Positions 48,555-58,654 of a DNA stretch of 64,000 bases are shown in pieces. Position 1 is the first letter of the stretch. Each line of letters opens with the position of its first letter. The stretch is taken from NCBI GenBank assembly GCA_017848795.1, contig JAFIHG010000044.1, positions 28,046 through 92,045 of the forward strand. Direction: 5' to 3'. Made by a program: the position numbers and the translations under genes. Origin of the DNA: Candidatus Nanopelagicales bacterium. GTDB lineage: Bacteria > Actinomycetota > Actinomycetes > S36-B12 > CAIYMF01. The notes under the pieces are model-generated. The model searched no databases. It saw nothing but the letters and a program-made list of their open reading frames with translations, and was not told the origin of the DNA.

Positions 48555-49631
48555 TCACGCGCCGAGGACGCTGATGACGAGCAGCGAGGTGACCGACAGC
48601 AGCACCCAGAGCAGCCCGCCGAGCAGCAGCGGACGCAGGCCGGCCCGGCGGAAGCTCGCCAGGTCGGTGGACAGGCCGATCCCGGCCATCGCGACCGTGA
48701 TGAGGAAGGCGCTCACCACCGCCAGCGCCGGCAACCACGACGTCGGCAGGGCGCCGGTGCTGCGCAGCCCGGACATCGCCAGGAACCCCCAGATGAACCA
48801 CGGGACCAGGGCGAGGATCCGGCGCGGGGTGAGCCCGCGCGCGCCCGCCGCCCCCGCGGTCGGTGCCTGCTGGCGGACACGGTGGACGCTCAGCCCGACG
48901 ACGATCGGGACGATCATCAACGTGCGTACGAGCTTGACGACGACGGCGAACCCGAGGGCGGCCGTGCCGTACACCGCGGCGGCGGCGACCACCGACGAGG
49001 TGTCGTTGACCGCGGTCCCGGCGAACAGCCCGAACGCGTGCTGGTCCATCCCGAGCAGGTGCCCGATCCACGGGAAGGTGACCACTGCTGCGATGTTGAA
49101 CAGGAAGATCGTGCTCACCGCGTAGGTGATCTCCGCGCCGGCCGCACCGACGACGGGCGCCACGGCAGCGATCGCCGACGCACCGCAGATGCCGGTGCCC
49201 ACCCCGATCAGCGTCTGGACGTTGCCGCGCACCCCCAGCCACCACCCGAGCAGCAGCGCCCCGCTCAGGCACACGCCGAGCGTGATCAGCATGATCGGCA
49301 GGGAACCGGCTCCGATCGTGCCGATGTCGGCGAGGGACAGCTGGGTGCCGAGCAGCACCACGGAGACCTGCAGCACGGTGCGGCTCGCGAACCGTACGCC
49401 GGGCGCCGCAGCGCTGCTGCGCCGCAGCAGCGGGGCGAGAACGGCACCGATCAGCAGGGCGGGTACGGCCGCCCCGAGGATCGGCACCGTACGCCCGACG
49501 GCCGTCGCGGCGGCGGCGATGAGGACCGCGGCGGCGAGGCCCGGCAGGAGCGCCCGCAGTCGAGTTGTCGCACCCAGCCGGTCCGCCGCGCTCGGACCTC
49601 GCCCGACCGGGCCTGCCCGCTGCGGGCTCAC
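48555..49631 (-). CDS. YeiH/UPF0324 family putative sulfate-exporter-type membrane protein
   Basis: About 10 TM segments. GTG 49631 overlaps the pafA stop (GTGA at 49628-49631). Confidence 0.7.
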   Translation of the reverse strand: MSPQRAGPVGRGPSAADRLGATTRLRALLPGLAAAVLIAAAATAVGRTVPILGAAVPALLIGAVLAPLLRRSSAAAPGVRFASRTVLQVSVVLLGTQLSLADIGTIGAGSLPIMLITLGVCLSGALLLGWWLGVRGNVQTLIGVGTGICGASAIAAVAPVVGAAGAEITYAVSTIFLFNIAAVVTFPWIGHLLGMDQHAFGLFAGTAVNDTSSVVAAAAVYGTAALGFAVVVKLVRTLMIVPIVVGLSVHRVRQQAPTAGAAGARGLTPRRILALVPWFIWGFLAMSGLRSTGALPTSWLPALAVVSAFLITVAMAGIGLSTDLASFRRAGLRPLLLGGLLWVLLSVTSLLVISVLGA

Positions 49632-50992
49632 ATGCTCGCGATCAGCTTCTCGACGCGTTCGTCGACGCTGCGGAACGGGTCCTTGCACAGCACGGTGCGC
49701 TGCGCCTGGTCGTTGAGCTTGAGGTGCACCCAGTCGACGGTGAAGTCGCGCCGCCGCTCCTGCGCCCGGCGGATGAACTCACCGCGCAGCCGCGCCCGGG
49801 TGGTCTGCGGCGGGACGTTCTTGGCCTCGAACGTGGCCAGGTCGGTCGTCGCCCGGGCGACCGCGCCCTGCGCGGCGAGCAGGTAGTACAGGCCGCGTCC
49901 CCGGCTGATGTCGTGATAGGCGAGGTCCAGCTGCGCGATCCGCGCGCTCGACAGCGGCAGCGAGTGCTTGGCCATGTAACGCTCGAGCAGCCGCAGCTTG
50001 ATGACCCAGTCGATCTCCCGCTCGATCGAGGAGAGGTCCTGGCGGCGGACCGCCTCGAGGGTGCGACCCCACAGGTCGAGCACCCGCGCCGGGAGCGGCT
50101 CGGTGTCGATCCCGCGGCGTTGCGCGAAGTCGAGCGCACGTTCGTAGTACTCCCCCTGGATCGCGAGCGCGGACAGCTCGCGCCCGTTCGCCAGCCGTAC
50201 CGTGCGCTGGCCGGTCGGGTCGTGGCTGATCTCCCGGATCGCACGGATCGGGTTCTCCAGCGTCAGGTCCCGCAGCACGCTGCCGTGCTCGAGCATCCGC
50301 AGCACCAGGTCGGTCGCCCCGACCTTGAGCATCGTCGTGGTCTCGCTCATGTTCGAGTCCCCGACGATCACGTGCAGCCGCCGGTAGCGCTCGGCGTCCG
50401 CGTGCGGCTCGTCGCGGGTGTTGATGATCGGCCGGGAGCGCGTCGTGGCGCTGCTGATGCCCTCCCAGATGTGCTCGGCGCGCTGGCTCACGCTGAACAC
50501 CGCGCCGCGCGGGGTCTGCAGCACCTTGCCCGCGCCGACGATGATCTGCCGGGAGACCAGGAACGGGATCAGCGCGTCGGCGAGCCGGGAGAACTCCCCG
50601 CGCCTGCTGACCAGATAGTTCTCGTGGCAGCCGTACGAGTTGCCCGCCGAGTCGGTGTTGTTCTTGAAGAGGTAGACGTCGCCCGCGATGCCCTCCTCGC
50701 GCAGCCGCTTCTCCGCGTCCGCCAGCAAGCCCTCGAGCATCCGCTCGCCGGCCTTGTCATGGGTGACGAGCTCGATGATGTCGTCGCACTCGGGAGTCGC
50801 GTACTCGGGGTGGCTGCCGACGTCGAGGTAGAGCCGGGCGCCGTTGCGCAGGAAGACGTTGCTGCTGCGTCCCCAGGACACGACCCGGCGGAACAGGTAC
50901 CGCGCCACCTCGTCCGGTGAGAGTCGCCGCTGCCCACGGAACGTGCACGTGACGCCGTACTCCGTCTCGATCCCGAAAATGCGCCTGTCCAC
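49628..50992 (-). CDS. pafA: Pup-protein ligase PafA
   Basis: [16 protein letters not shown]...[23 protein letters not shown]... Confidence 0.95.
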   Translation of the reverse strand: MDRRIFGIETEYGVTCTFRGQRRLSPDEVARYLFRRVVSWGRSSNVFLRNGARLYLDVGSHPEYATPECDDIIELVTHDKAGERMLEGLLADAEKRLREEGIAGDVYLFKNNTDSAGNSYGCHENYLVSRRGEFSRLADALIPFLVSRQIIVGAGKVLQTPRGAVFSVSQRAEHIWEGISSATTRSRPIINTRDEPHADAERYRRLHVIVGDSNMSETTTMLKVGATDLVLRMLEHGSVLRDLTLENPIRAIREISHDPTGQRTVRLANGRELSALAIQGEYYERALDFAQRRGIDTEPLPARVLDLWGRTLEAVRRQDLSSIEREIDWVIKLRLLERYMAKHSLPLSSARIAQLDLAYHDISRGRGLYYLLAAQGAVARATTDLATFEAKNVPPQTTRARLRGEFIRRAQERRRDFTVDWVHLKLNDQAQRTVLCKDPFRSVDERVEKLIASM

Positions 50993-51029
50993 GCCTCCAA
51001 CCTAGACGGCTCTCGCCGCACGGGGCGCG

Positions 51030-51773
51030 CTACTGGAGTTCGGCGGGCGCCTGCTCCTCGGTGTCCTCCACCCCGAGCAGCTCGGCGAGGCGCGCGCTGG
51101 CGAGCCGCCGGAAGGTGCGCCGGGGCCGGCTGCGCTCGAGCACCGCCACCTCGAGCTGCGCGGGGGTCAGCGCCCGCGGCTCGCCGTCCCCGCCACCGGG
51201 CGCGCCGTGGCGGGCCAGGGCGTCGACCGCCACCCGCAGCGCGCCGGCGAGGTCCATCGACTCGGACCAGTGCTCGCGCAGCTCGGCGGTGATCGCGTCC
51301 GCGGACCCGCCCATCGCGACGAAGCCGTGCTCGTCCGCGACCGAGCCGTCGAAGGTCAGCCGGTACAGCTGGTCGTCCGCCGCGATGAGGCCCACCTCCG
51401 CGATCGTGATCTCCACCTCGTACGGCTTGGTGGTCTCGGTGAAGATCGCGCCGAGGGTCTGCGCGTAGGCGTTCGCGAGCGAGCGGCTGCTGACGTCGCG
51501 CCGGTCGTAGGAGTAGCCGCGCATGTCGGCGAGCCGTACGCCGGCCACCCGCAGGTTCTCGAACTCGTTGTAGCGGCCGACCGCCGCGAACGCGATCCGG
51601 TCATAGATCTCGCTGACCTTGTGCAGCGCCCGGCTCGGGTTCTCGGCGACGAACAGGATCCCGTCGGCGTACTGCAGCACGACGACGCTGCGCCCGCGCG
51701 CGATGCCCTTGCGGGCGAAGTCCGCCTTGTCCTTGGTGATCTGCTCCGGGGAGACGTAGAACGGGACGCTCAT
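51030..51773 (-). CDS. prcA: 20S proteasome alpha subunit
   Basis: [47 protein letters not shown]... Confidence 0.95.
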   Translation of the reverse strand: MSVPFYVSPEQITKDKADFARKGIARGRSVVVLQYADGILFVAENPSRALHKVSEIYDRIAFAAVGRYNEFENLRVAGVRLADMRGYSYDRRDVSSRSLANAYAQTLGAIFTETTKPYEVEITIAEVGLIAADDQLYRLTFDGSVADEHGFVAMGGSADAITAELREHWSESMDLAGALRVAVDALARHGAPGGGDGEPRALTPAQLEVAVLERSRPRRTFRRLASARLAELLGVEDTEEQAPAELQ

Positions 51774-52648
51774 GGTGTCTCCGTTCCGCCGGTTGCGGGG
51801 CCGACTTCGGTGACCGGTGCCACGGGCCCGTCAGCGGTCGCTGTCCGGCGCGCCACGATCGCGCGGGCGAGCGGGTCGAGCTCCTCGTCGGGGACGCGGC
51901 GGTAGCCGTCGGCGCCGACCTGCGCGACGACCGGGTAGATGCGCCGGGTGAGATCCGGCCCGCCGGTCGCCGAGTCGTCGTCGGCCGCGTCGTACAGGGC
52001 CTCCATGGCGACGCTGATCGCGTCCTGCTCGGACAGGTCCTCGCGCCAGAGCTTCTTGAGCGACCCGCGCGCGAAGAGCGAGCCGGAGCCGACCCCGTGG
52101 TGGCGGTGCTCCTCGTAGCGCCCGCCGGTGACGTCGTAGCTGAAGATCCGCCCGCTCCCGCGTTCGAGATCGAATCCGGCGAACAGCGGCACGACCGCCA
52201 GGCCCTGCATGGCCATGCCCAGGTTGCCGCGCAGCATCAGCGAGAGCCGGTTCGCCTTGCCCTCCAGCGAGAGGATGACGCCCTCGATCTTCTCGTAGTG
52301 CTCGAGTTCCACCTGGAAGAGCCGGACCATCTCCACGGCGATGCCTGCCGTACCCGCGATGCCGACGCAGGACCACTCGTCGGCGGGGAACACCTTCTCG
52401 ATGTCGCGCTGCGCGATGATGTTGCCCATCGTGGCGCGCCGGTCGCCGGCCATCACCACTCCGCCCGGATAGGTCACCGCGACCACCGTCGTCCCGTGGG
52501 GGGCCTCGAGCGCGCCCGGACCCGCCGTCGTGGCGCGCCGTCCGGGAAGCAGTGACGGGTCGTGCGAGGCGAGGAACTCGGTGAACGAGCTGCTGCCCCC
52601 CGCGAGGTACGCCGGTGGCAGGCCCGACCCGTTCCAGCTCCCGCTCAC
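51770..52648 (-). CDS. prcB: 20S proteasome beta subunit with propeptide
   Basis: Propeptide then the HG/TTVVAV active-site Thr junction and [12 protein letters not shown] 52648 was chosen; the longer 52843 start would overlap the endonuclease VII gene. Confidence 0.9.
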   Translation of the reverse strand: MSGSWNGSGLPPAYLAGGSSSFTEFLASHDPSLLPGRRATTAGPGALEAPHGTTVVAVTYPGGVVMAGDRRATMGNIIAQRDIEKVFPADEWSCVGIAGTAGIAVEMVRLFQVELEHYEKIEGVILSLEGKANRLSLMLRGNLGMAMQGLAVVPLFAGFDLERGSGRIFSYDVTGGRYEEHRHHGVGSGSLFARGSLKKLWREDLSEQDAISVAMEALYDAADDDSATGGPDLTRRIYPVVAQVGADGYRRVPDEELDPLARAIVARRTATADGPVAPVTEVGPATGGTETP

Positions 52649-53292
52649 GCTGCTCCCGTCCCGCCGACACCGCCGAAGTACATGTAGCCCTCCAGATAGT
52701 CCACCGCGCTCAACAATCGACGAGGATCGTCCTTGAAGTTGCCGAGGCCAACATTGCAGGTGAAGCACAACAAGCCGCGCACCGCCCCCGTCCCGTGGTC
52801 GTGGTCCACGTGTTCGGCGGCTTCGATGTGGCAGATCGCGCATAGCCCTCGCTGCTGTGCGAACAACTCGTCGAATTGATCCACGTCGATCGCGTAGCGT
52901 CGGCGCATGTGGTACCGACGGTTACCGCCATTCTTCTCGCGAGAGGCTGTCGCGCGCTTGTTCTGACACGGTCGGCAGTAGCTGCCATAGCCTGTTCGGG
53001 TCGAGCGGTTCTTCACGAACAGGTCGAGCGGCAGCACCACCTCACAGTCAGGGCAGTACTTCATGCCGTCCGGCGCCGTCACCGTCGCCCGGTGCTTGAT
53101 CGTCCGACCATCTCGTGCCGCGCGTCGCTCTGCAGCGCGCCGATTGTGTTCGGACATGCAGGCTTTGCAGTACACGGACAGACCGTCCTTCTTCGACCGG
53201 TCACCCGTGAAGTCAGTGAGCGGTTTGCGGACCTTGCAGCCTCCGCAGCGGCGCCCGGTTCGTGCTATGTCTTCCTCCCCCCGTGTGGCCAT
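52645..53292 (-). CDS. Zinc-finger + recombination endonuclease VII domain protein
   Basis: C-terminal LCAICH...[26 protein letters not shown] (Endonuclease_7 signature). The N-terminus has two CxxC...YCxxC modules. Codon usage is atypical. The ATG abuts the pup stop and the stop overlaps the prcB GTG. Confidence 0.8.
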   Translation of the reverse strand: MATRGEEDIARTGRRCGGCKVRKPLTDFTGDRSKKDGLSVYCKACMSEHNRRAAERRAARDGRTIKHRATVTAPDGMKYCPDCEVVLPLDLFVKNRSTRTGYGSYCRPCQNKRATASREKNGGNRRYHMRRRYAIDVDQFDELFAQQRGLCAICHIEAAEHVDHDHGTGAVRGLLCFTCNVGLGNFKDDPRRLLSAVDYLEGYMYFGGVGGTGAA

Positions 53293-53505
53293 CTACTCAC
53301 CGCCCTTTTGGACGAACGCCCGTACGAATTCCTCGGCGTTCGTCTCGAGGACGTCGTCGATGTCGGCGAGGATCGCGTCGATGTCGTCGTCGAGCGCGGC
53401 CTTGCGCTCGGCGAGGTCGCTGCTCGCCTGGGGAGCCTCTTCGACCTCGGCCTCTTCCTGGGTGCGGCTGACCTTCTGCTGGTCGCCGCTGTCTCGCGTT
53501 GCCAT
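53293..53505 (-). CDS. pup: Prokaryotic ubiquitin-like protein Pup (C-terminal GGE)
   Basis: MATRDSGDQQK...DDIDAILADIDDVLETNAEEFVRAFVQKGGE. A GGAGG Shine-Dalgarno sequence lies just upstream of ATG 53505. Confidence 0.95.
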   Translation of the reverse strand: MATRDSGDQQKVSRTQEEAEVEEAPQASSDLAERKAALDDDIDAILADIDDVLETNAEEFVRAFVQKGGE

Positions 53506-53597
53506 GGCGCACCTCCGGGTCACCCGGGCCGGTCCGGCCCGCTCACGTTCGACCCTATGCGACGCAGCCGACCGCGGCCCGGGTCATGCGCCGTGGC

Positions 53598-55112
53598 TCA
53601 CGCCCCGAGCGCCGCGAGCAGGTCGGCCGCGTTGGGGCTCGACGCGAGCAGCTCGCCCACGTGCGCCCGGGTGCCGCGCAGCGGCTCCATCGTCGGTACG
53701 CGCTGCAGGGCATCCCGACCCGGGATGTCGAAGATCACCGAGTCCCAGGACGCGGCGGCGATCTCGGCGCCGTACCGGCGCACGCACTCGCCGCGGAAGT
53801 ACGCACGGGTGTCCTCGGGCGGCGAGGACACCGCGTGCGCGACCTGCTCCTCGGTCGTCAGCCGGGTGAGCCGGCCGCGCGCCTGCAGCCGCTGCGCGAT
53901 CCCGCGCGTCGGCTCGACGTCGGCGTACTGCAGGTCGACGAGCGCCAGCCGCGGGTCGTCCCAGTCGGTGCCGTCCCGGTCGCGATATCCCTGCAGGACC
54001 GACAGCTTCGTCACCCAGTCCAGCTCCCCGGACAGCGACATCGGGTCCGCGAGCAGCCGGTCGAGCACCGTCTCCCACCGGTCGAGGACGTCGGCGGTCT
54101 GGCTGTCCACGTCCACGCCGTAGCGGTCCTCGACGTACTTGCGGGCCTGCTCGCAGAGCTCGATCTGCAACTGCACCGCCGTCAGGGTGCGGCCCGACAC
54201 GGTCGTCAGCTCGTGACCGAGCGACCAGTCGTGGGAGACGTCGTGCATCTCCCGGACCGGGTGCGTGAGTGTCAGGTCCAGGTCGAGGAAGCCGTCCTCG
54301 ATCATGGCGAGCACCAGCGAGGTGGTGCCGAGCTTGAGGTAGGTCGAGAGCTCCGAGAGGTTCGCGTCACCGACGATCACGTGCAGCCGGCGGTACTTGT
54401 CGGGGTCGGCGTGCGGTTCGTCGCGGGTGTTGATGATCGGACGCTTCAGCGTCGTCTCCAGCCCGACCTCGACCTCGAAGTAGTCCGCCCGTTGCGAGAT
54501 CTGGAACCCGCTGCCGCGCCCGTCCTGGCCGATGCCGACCCGTCCCGCACCGGTGATCACCTGCCGGGTGACGAAGAACGGCGTCAGGTGACGGACGATC
54601 GCCGCGAACGGGGTCGAACGCTGCATCAGGTAGTTCTCGTGCGTGCCGTACGAGGCGCCCTTGTTGTCGGTGTTGTTCTTGTAGAGGCGCACCTCGCGCC
54701 CGCCCGGCAGGTGCGGCACCGACTCGGCGGCCCGCGCCATCACCCGCTCGCCGGCCTTGTCCCAGAGCATCCCGTCCCACGGGTTCGTGACCTCGGGACT
54801 GGAGTACTCGGGGTGCGCGTGGTCGACGTAGAGCCGCGCGCCGTTGGTCAGGATCAGGTTCGCCAGGCCCAGGTCGTCGTCCGTCAGCATGCTCGGGTCG
54901 GCCTCGGCCCGCGTCAGGTCGAACCCGCGGGCATCGCGCAGCGGGGTCTCCTCGTCGTAGTCCCAGCGCATCGCGGTCTGCCGGCCCTGCGCCACTGCAT
55001 GCGCGTACGCACTGACGACCTGGCTGCTGGTGAGCATCGCGTTGACGTGCGGGTGTCCCGGTACGGAGACGCCGTACTCCGTCTCGATCCCCATCACCCG
55101 GTGCACGCTCAC
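53598..55112 (-). CDS. dop: Depupylase/deamidase Dop
   Basis: [14 protein letters not shown]...LTNGARLYVDHAHPEYSSPE... PafA paralog next to pup. Confidence 0.95.
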   Translation of the reverse strand: MSVHRVMGIETEYGVSVPGHPHVNAMLTSSQVVSAYAHAVAQGRQTAMRWDYDEETPLRDARGFDLTRAEADPSMLTDDDLGLANLILTNGARLYVDHAHPEYSSPEVTNPWDGMLWDKAGERVMARAAESVPHLPGGREVRLYKNNTDNKGASYGTHENYLMQRSTPFAAIVRHLTPFFVTRQVITGAGRVGIGQDGRGSGFQISQRADYFEVEVGLETTLKRPIINTRDEPHADPDKYRRLHVIVGDANLSELSTYLKLGTTSLVLAMIEDGFLDLDLTLTHPVREMHDVSHDWSLGHELTTVSGRTLTAVQLQIELCEQARKYVEDRYGVDVDSQTADVLDRWETVLDRLLADPMSLSGELDWVTKLSVLQGYRDRDGTDWDDPRLALVDLQYADVEPTRGIAQRLQARGRLTRLTTEEQVAHAVSSPPEDTRAYFRGECVRRYGAEIAAASWDSVIFDIPGRDALQRVPTMEPLRGTRAHVGELLASSPNAADLLAALGA

Positions 55113-55175
55113 CCCACGAGGGTACGTGCCGTACGCCGCCGCGCGGCGCGGCGCCGTCCGGTCCCGGCGTGGCGG

Positions 55176-55508
55176 CTACACCTTGGCGACGGTGAGCAGG
55201 ACGGCGCTGTCCTCGAAGGCGTGGACCGAGTGCCGCTGCGCCGGGATGACCAGCAGGTCCCCGGCGCTGCCTTCCCACGAGTCCGCGCCGGCGTCCAGGC
55301 GCACCCGCCCGCTGAGCACCTGCAAGGTCGCCTCGCCCGGGCTCTCGTGCTCGGTGAGCTCACGCCCGGCGGCGAGCGCCACCACCGTCTGACGCAACGA
55401 GTTGGAGTGGCCGGACACCACGCTCTCGGCACTTCGCCCGGCGGGCGCCTCCTTGGCCCGTCGGAGCTGCTCGCGCGCGGTCGCGGTCAGCGAGAGCTTG
55501 TTCGCCAT
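55176..55508 (-). CDS. Cupin-domain protein
   Basis: 110 aa. ...LTEHESPGEATLQVLSGRVRL....GDLLVIPAQRHSVHA has a cupin-like beta-barrel pattern. ATG 55508 shares a base with the upstream DUF488 stop. Confidence 0.6.
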   Translation of the reverse strand: MANKLSLTATAREQLRRAKEAPAGRSAESVVSGHSNSLRQTVVALAAGRELTEHESPGEATLQVLSGRVRLDAGADSWEGSAGDLLVIPAQRHSVHAFEDSAVLLTVAKV

Positions 55509-55867
55509 CAGTTGCCTCCAGCCAGCAGGTCGCGCAGCACCACCGCCTGGTTGTGCTGCTCGTCCTTGGCAGAGTAGACGAGGGTGATCGTCCGGTGCGC
55601 GCCGGTGAGCTCGCGCAGATGATCGGCGGCCGGGTTGTCGGCGAGCTCGGAGCGGTAGCGCTCGGCGAACTCGGTGAACCGTTCCGGGTCGTGCCCGAAC
55701 CATTTGCGCAGCGCATCGGAGGGACCGGCCGCCTTGACCCACTCGTCGACGTGGGCGTGCTCCTTGCTCACCCCGCGCGGCCACACCCGGTCGACGAGTA
55801 CCCGGTAGCCGTCACTGCGCGCCGGTTCCTCGTAGACCCGCTTGATCCGGATCGTCGCCCTTGCCAT
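55508..55867 (-). CDS. DUF488 family protein (YeaO-like short form)
   Basis: IRIKRVYEEPARSDGYRVLVDRVWPRGVSKE...W.K...PS..LRKWFGHDPERF.EF..RY..EL...TLVYSAKDEQHNQAVVL. Confidence 0.75.
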   Translation of the reverse strand: MARATIRIKRVYEEPARSDGYRVLVDRVWPRGVSKEHAHVDEWVKAAGPSDALRKWFGHDPERFTEFAERYRSELADNPAADHLRELTGAHRTITLVYSAKDEQHNQAVVLRDLLAGGN

Positions 55868-55894
55868 CGCGCCCCTTCACGGCTCGGGAATGCA

Positions 55895-57559
55895 TCAGAG
55901 GTACTGCCCGGTGCCCGCGACGGTGTCGATGGAGCGGCCCGCCTCGGTGCCCTGCTTGCCCTGCACGAGGGTGCGGATGAACACGATCCGCTCGCCCTTC
56001 TTGCCAGAGATGGTGGCCCAGTCGTCCGGGTTCGTGGTGTTGGGCAGGTCCTCGTTCTCCTTGAACTCGTCGACGCAGGCGTTCATCAGGTGCTGCACCC
56101 GGATGCCGCGCTGCCCGGTGTCCAGCAGCTCCTTGATCGCCATCTTCTTGGCGCGCGCCACGATGTTCTCGATCATGGCGCCGGAGTTGAAGTCCTTGAA
56201 GTAGAGGATCTCCTTGTCGCCGTTGGCGTAGGTGACCTCCAGGAACCGGTTCTCCTCGCTCTCGGCGTACATCCGCTCGACGGTGCGCTGGATCATCCCG
56301 GCGCAGGTCGCCTCGGGCGAACCGCCGTGCTCGGCGAGGTCGTCGGCGTGCAGTGGCAGCTCGGGCGTCAGGTACTTGCTGAAGATGTCACCGGCGGACT
56401 GCGCGTCGGGCCGCTCGATCTTTATCTTCACGTCGAGCCGACCGGGTCGCAGGATCGCCGGGTCGATCATGTCGGGACGGTTCGAGGCCCCGATCACGAT
56501 GACGTTCTCGAGCCCCTCGACGCCGTCTATCTCGCTGAGCAGCTGCGGCACGATGGTGTTCTCGACGTCGCTCGAGACACCAGAACCACGGGTCCGGAAC
56601 AGCGAGTCCATCTCGTCGAAGAACACGATGACCGGCATGCCCTCGTCGGCCTTCTCCCGGGCCCGCTGGAACACCAGCCGGATGTGGCGCTCGGTCTCCC
56701 CGACGTACTTGTTGAGCAGCTCCGGGCCCTTGATGTTCAGGAAGTACGACTTGGCCTGGGACTTCCCTTCGCGCTGCGCGACCTTCTTGGCCAGCGAGTT
56801 CGCGACCGCCTTGGCGATGAGGGTCTTGCCGCACCCGGGTGGGCCGTACAGCAGGATCCCCTTCGGCGCTGCGAGCTGGTGCTCGCGGAACAGGTCGGCG
56901 TGCAGGTACGGCAGCTCGACAGCGTCGCGGATCTGGTCGATCTGCGTGGTCAGACCACCGATGTCGTCGTAGCCGATGTCCGGGACCTCCTCGAGCACCA
57001 GCTCCTCGACCTCGGACTTGGGGATGCGCTCGTAGACGTACATCGAGCGCGGCTCCATCAGCAACGAGTCCCCGGGGTGCAGCGGCCCGCCGACCAGCGG
57101 CGCGGCGAGGCGCACCACGCGCTCCTCGTCGGCGCGGCCGATCACGAGCGCCCGGTCGCCACCCTCGAGCAGCTCCTTGAGCATGACGATCTCGCCGTGG
57201 CGCTCCCAGGAGCACACGGCCACGACGTTGAGCGCCTCGTTGAGCATCACCTCGCGGCCCGGGAGCAGCTCCTCGACGTCCACGTCCGGGCTGCACACCA
57301 CCCGCATCTTGCGCCCGGAGGTGAACACGTCGACGGTGCCGTCCTCGAAGCGTTCGAGGAACGTGCCGTACGCGCTCGGCGGCTCGGCGAGCCGGTCCAC
57401 CTCGGCCTTGAGCGTCACGATCTGGTCGCGCGCCTCGCGCAAGGTTCCGGCCAGTTGCTTGTTCTGCGCCGTCAGCGCGGCGAGCTCGGCCCGGCCCAAG
57501 GCGAGCCGGTGTTCCAGTGCGCGCAGCCGCTCCGGATCGCGCTGCGGGTCGTACGCCAT
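55895..57559 (-). CDS. arc: Proteasome-associated AAA ATPase ARC/Mpa
   Basis: N-terminal coiled coil, OB domains, AAA module (GPPGCGKT; Walker B IVFFDEMD) and a C-terminal ...GTGQYL proteasome-docking motif. Confidence 0.95.
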   Translation of the reverse strand: MAYDPQRDPERLRALEHRLALGRAELAALTAQNKQLAGTLREARDQIVTLKAEVDRLAEPPSAYGTFLERFEDGTVDVFTSGRKMRVVCSPDVDVEELLPGREVMLNEALNVVAVCSWERHGEIVMLKELLEGGDRALVIGRADEERVVRLAAPLVGGPLHPGDSLLMEPRSMYVYERIPKSEVEELVLEEVPDIGYDDIGGLTTQIDQIRDAVELPYLHADLFREHQLAAPKGILLYGPPGCGKTLIAKAVANSLAKKVAQREGKSQAKSYFLNIKGPELLNKYVGETERHIRLVFQRAREKADEGMPVIVFFDEMDSLFRTRGSGVSSDVENTIVPQLLSEIDGVEGLENVIVIGASNRPDMIDPAILRPGRLDVKIKIERPDAQSAGDIFSKYLTPELPLHADDLAEHGGSPEATCAGMIQRTVERMYAESEENRFLEVTYANGDKEILYFKDFNSGAMIENIVARAKKMAIKELLDTGQRGIRVQHLMNACVDEFKENEDLPNTTNPDDWATISGKKGERIVFIRTLVQGKQGTEAGRSIDTVAGTGQYL

Positions 57560-57689
57560 CGCGGACACCTCCGTCGGCAGGTCCGATTCGACCCTACCCA
57601 CGTCGGCCGGGAAAGTGCGCGATGTGAGACCGGAGCTCGGATCAGAGTCCGAGTCGAGACCGTACTGTGATCTCTCGGGCGGGATCCGG

Positions 57690-58610
57690 CTACGGGCCGC
57701 TGTAATCCGGGCCGTAGGCGCCCTTGCTCGGCCGGGTCCGCCGCGGTGGCAGCACGGTTCCGGGGGCGAGCCGCCGGGTCGCGACGAGGAACCCGGTGTG
57801 CCCGATCATGCGGTGCTCGGGCCGGACCGCGAGGCCCTCCAGGTGCCACCCGCGCACGAGGGTCTCCTGGGCCAGCGGCTCGGTCCACCGGCCGTCGGTG
57901 CGCAGCGTCTCCACGGTGCGCGAGAGCTGTGTGGTCGTCGCCACGTAGCAGACCAGCACCCCACCGGGCACGAGCGCGTCGGCGACCGCGGGGACGCAGT
58001 CCCACGGCGCGAGCAGGTCGAGCACCGCCCGGTCGACCGTCCCCTGCAGATCCGACTGCGGCAGCAGCGTGGCCAGGTCGCCCACGCTCAGCGTCCAGGC
58101 GGGATGCGGGCCGCCGAAGAACACCTCGACGTTGCTGCGCGCGACCGCCGCGAAGTCCTCCCGGCGCTCGTACGACCAGAGCCGCCCGGCATCGCCCACG
58201 GCCCGCAGCAGGGCGCAGGACAGCGCCCCGGAACCGGCTCCCGCCTCGACGACCCGCGCTCCGGGGAACACGTCGGCGAGCCCGACGATTGCGGCGGAGT
58301 CCTTCGGGTACACGATCGTCGCGCCGCGCGGCATGCCGAGCACGTAGTCGGCCAGCAGCGGACGCAGCGCCAGGTACGGCGTGCCACCTGCGGTGCGGAC
58401 CACGATGCCCTCCGGGCGGCCGAGCAGGTCGTCGTGCTCGACCGCGCCCTTGCTCGTGTGGAAACGCGCCCCCGGCGAGAGGGTGATGGTGTGCACCCGG
58501 CCCTTCGGGCCGGTCAGCTGCACCCGGTCGTTCTCCTGGAACGGTCCGCGTCGCCCCCGCGCGCCGGCGGGTGGTCCGCCGGGGGCACCGGGGGCGGGCA
58601 GGGTGCTCAT
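57690..58610 (-). CDS. trmI: tRNA (adenine58-N1)-methyltransferase TrmI
   Basis: [23 protein letters not shown]...IVYPKD...[12 protein letters not shown]. Position equivalent to Rv2118c. ATG 58610 was chosen inside ORF 57690..59672. Confidence 0.85.
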   Translation of the reverse strand: MSTLPAPGAPGGPPAGARGRRGPFQENDRVQLTGPKGRVHTITLSPGARFHTSKGAVEHDDLLGRPEGIVVRTAGGTPYLALRPLLADYVLGMPRGATIVYPKDSAAIVGLADVFPGARVVEAGAGSGALSCALLRAVGDAGRLWSYERREDFAAVARSNVEVFFGGPHPAWTLSVGDLATLLPQSDLQGTVDRAVLDLLAPWDCVPAVADALVPGGVLVCYVATTTQLSRTVETLRTDGRWTEPLAQETLVRGWHLEGLAVRPEHRMIGHTGFLVATRRLAPGTVLPPRRTRPSKGAYGPDYSGP

Positions 58611-58654
58611 CGCGCGTGATCCTACGGGCGCGGCCGGCCCGGCCCGGCCTGCGG

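Noticed and set aside
51770-52843. 357-aa version of prcB, and the similar long upstream extensions of ORFs 26942..29020, 29799..32204, 29410..30654, 45083..46579 and 24586..26391
   Set aside because: The extensions overlap neighbouring genes that have strong motifs. In each case an internal start gives a 4-nt start/stop overlap or a normal family N-terminus.
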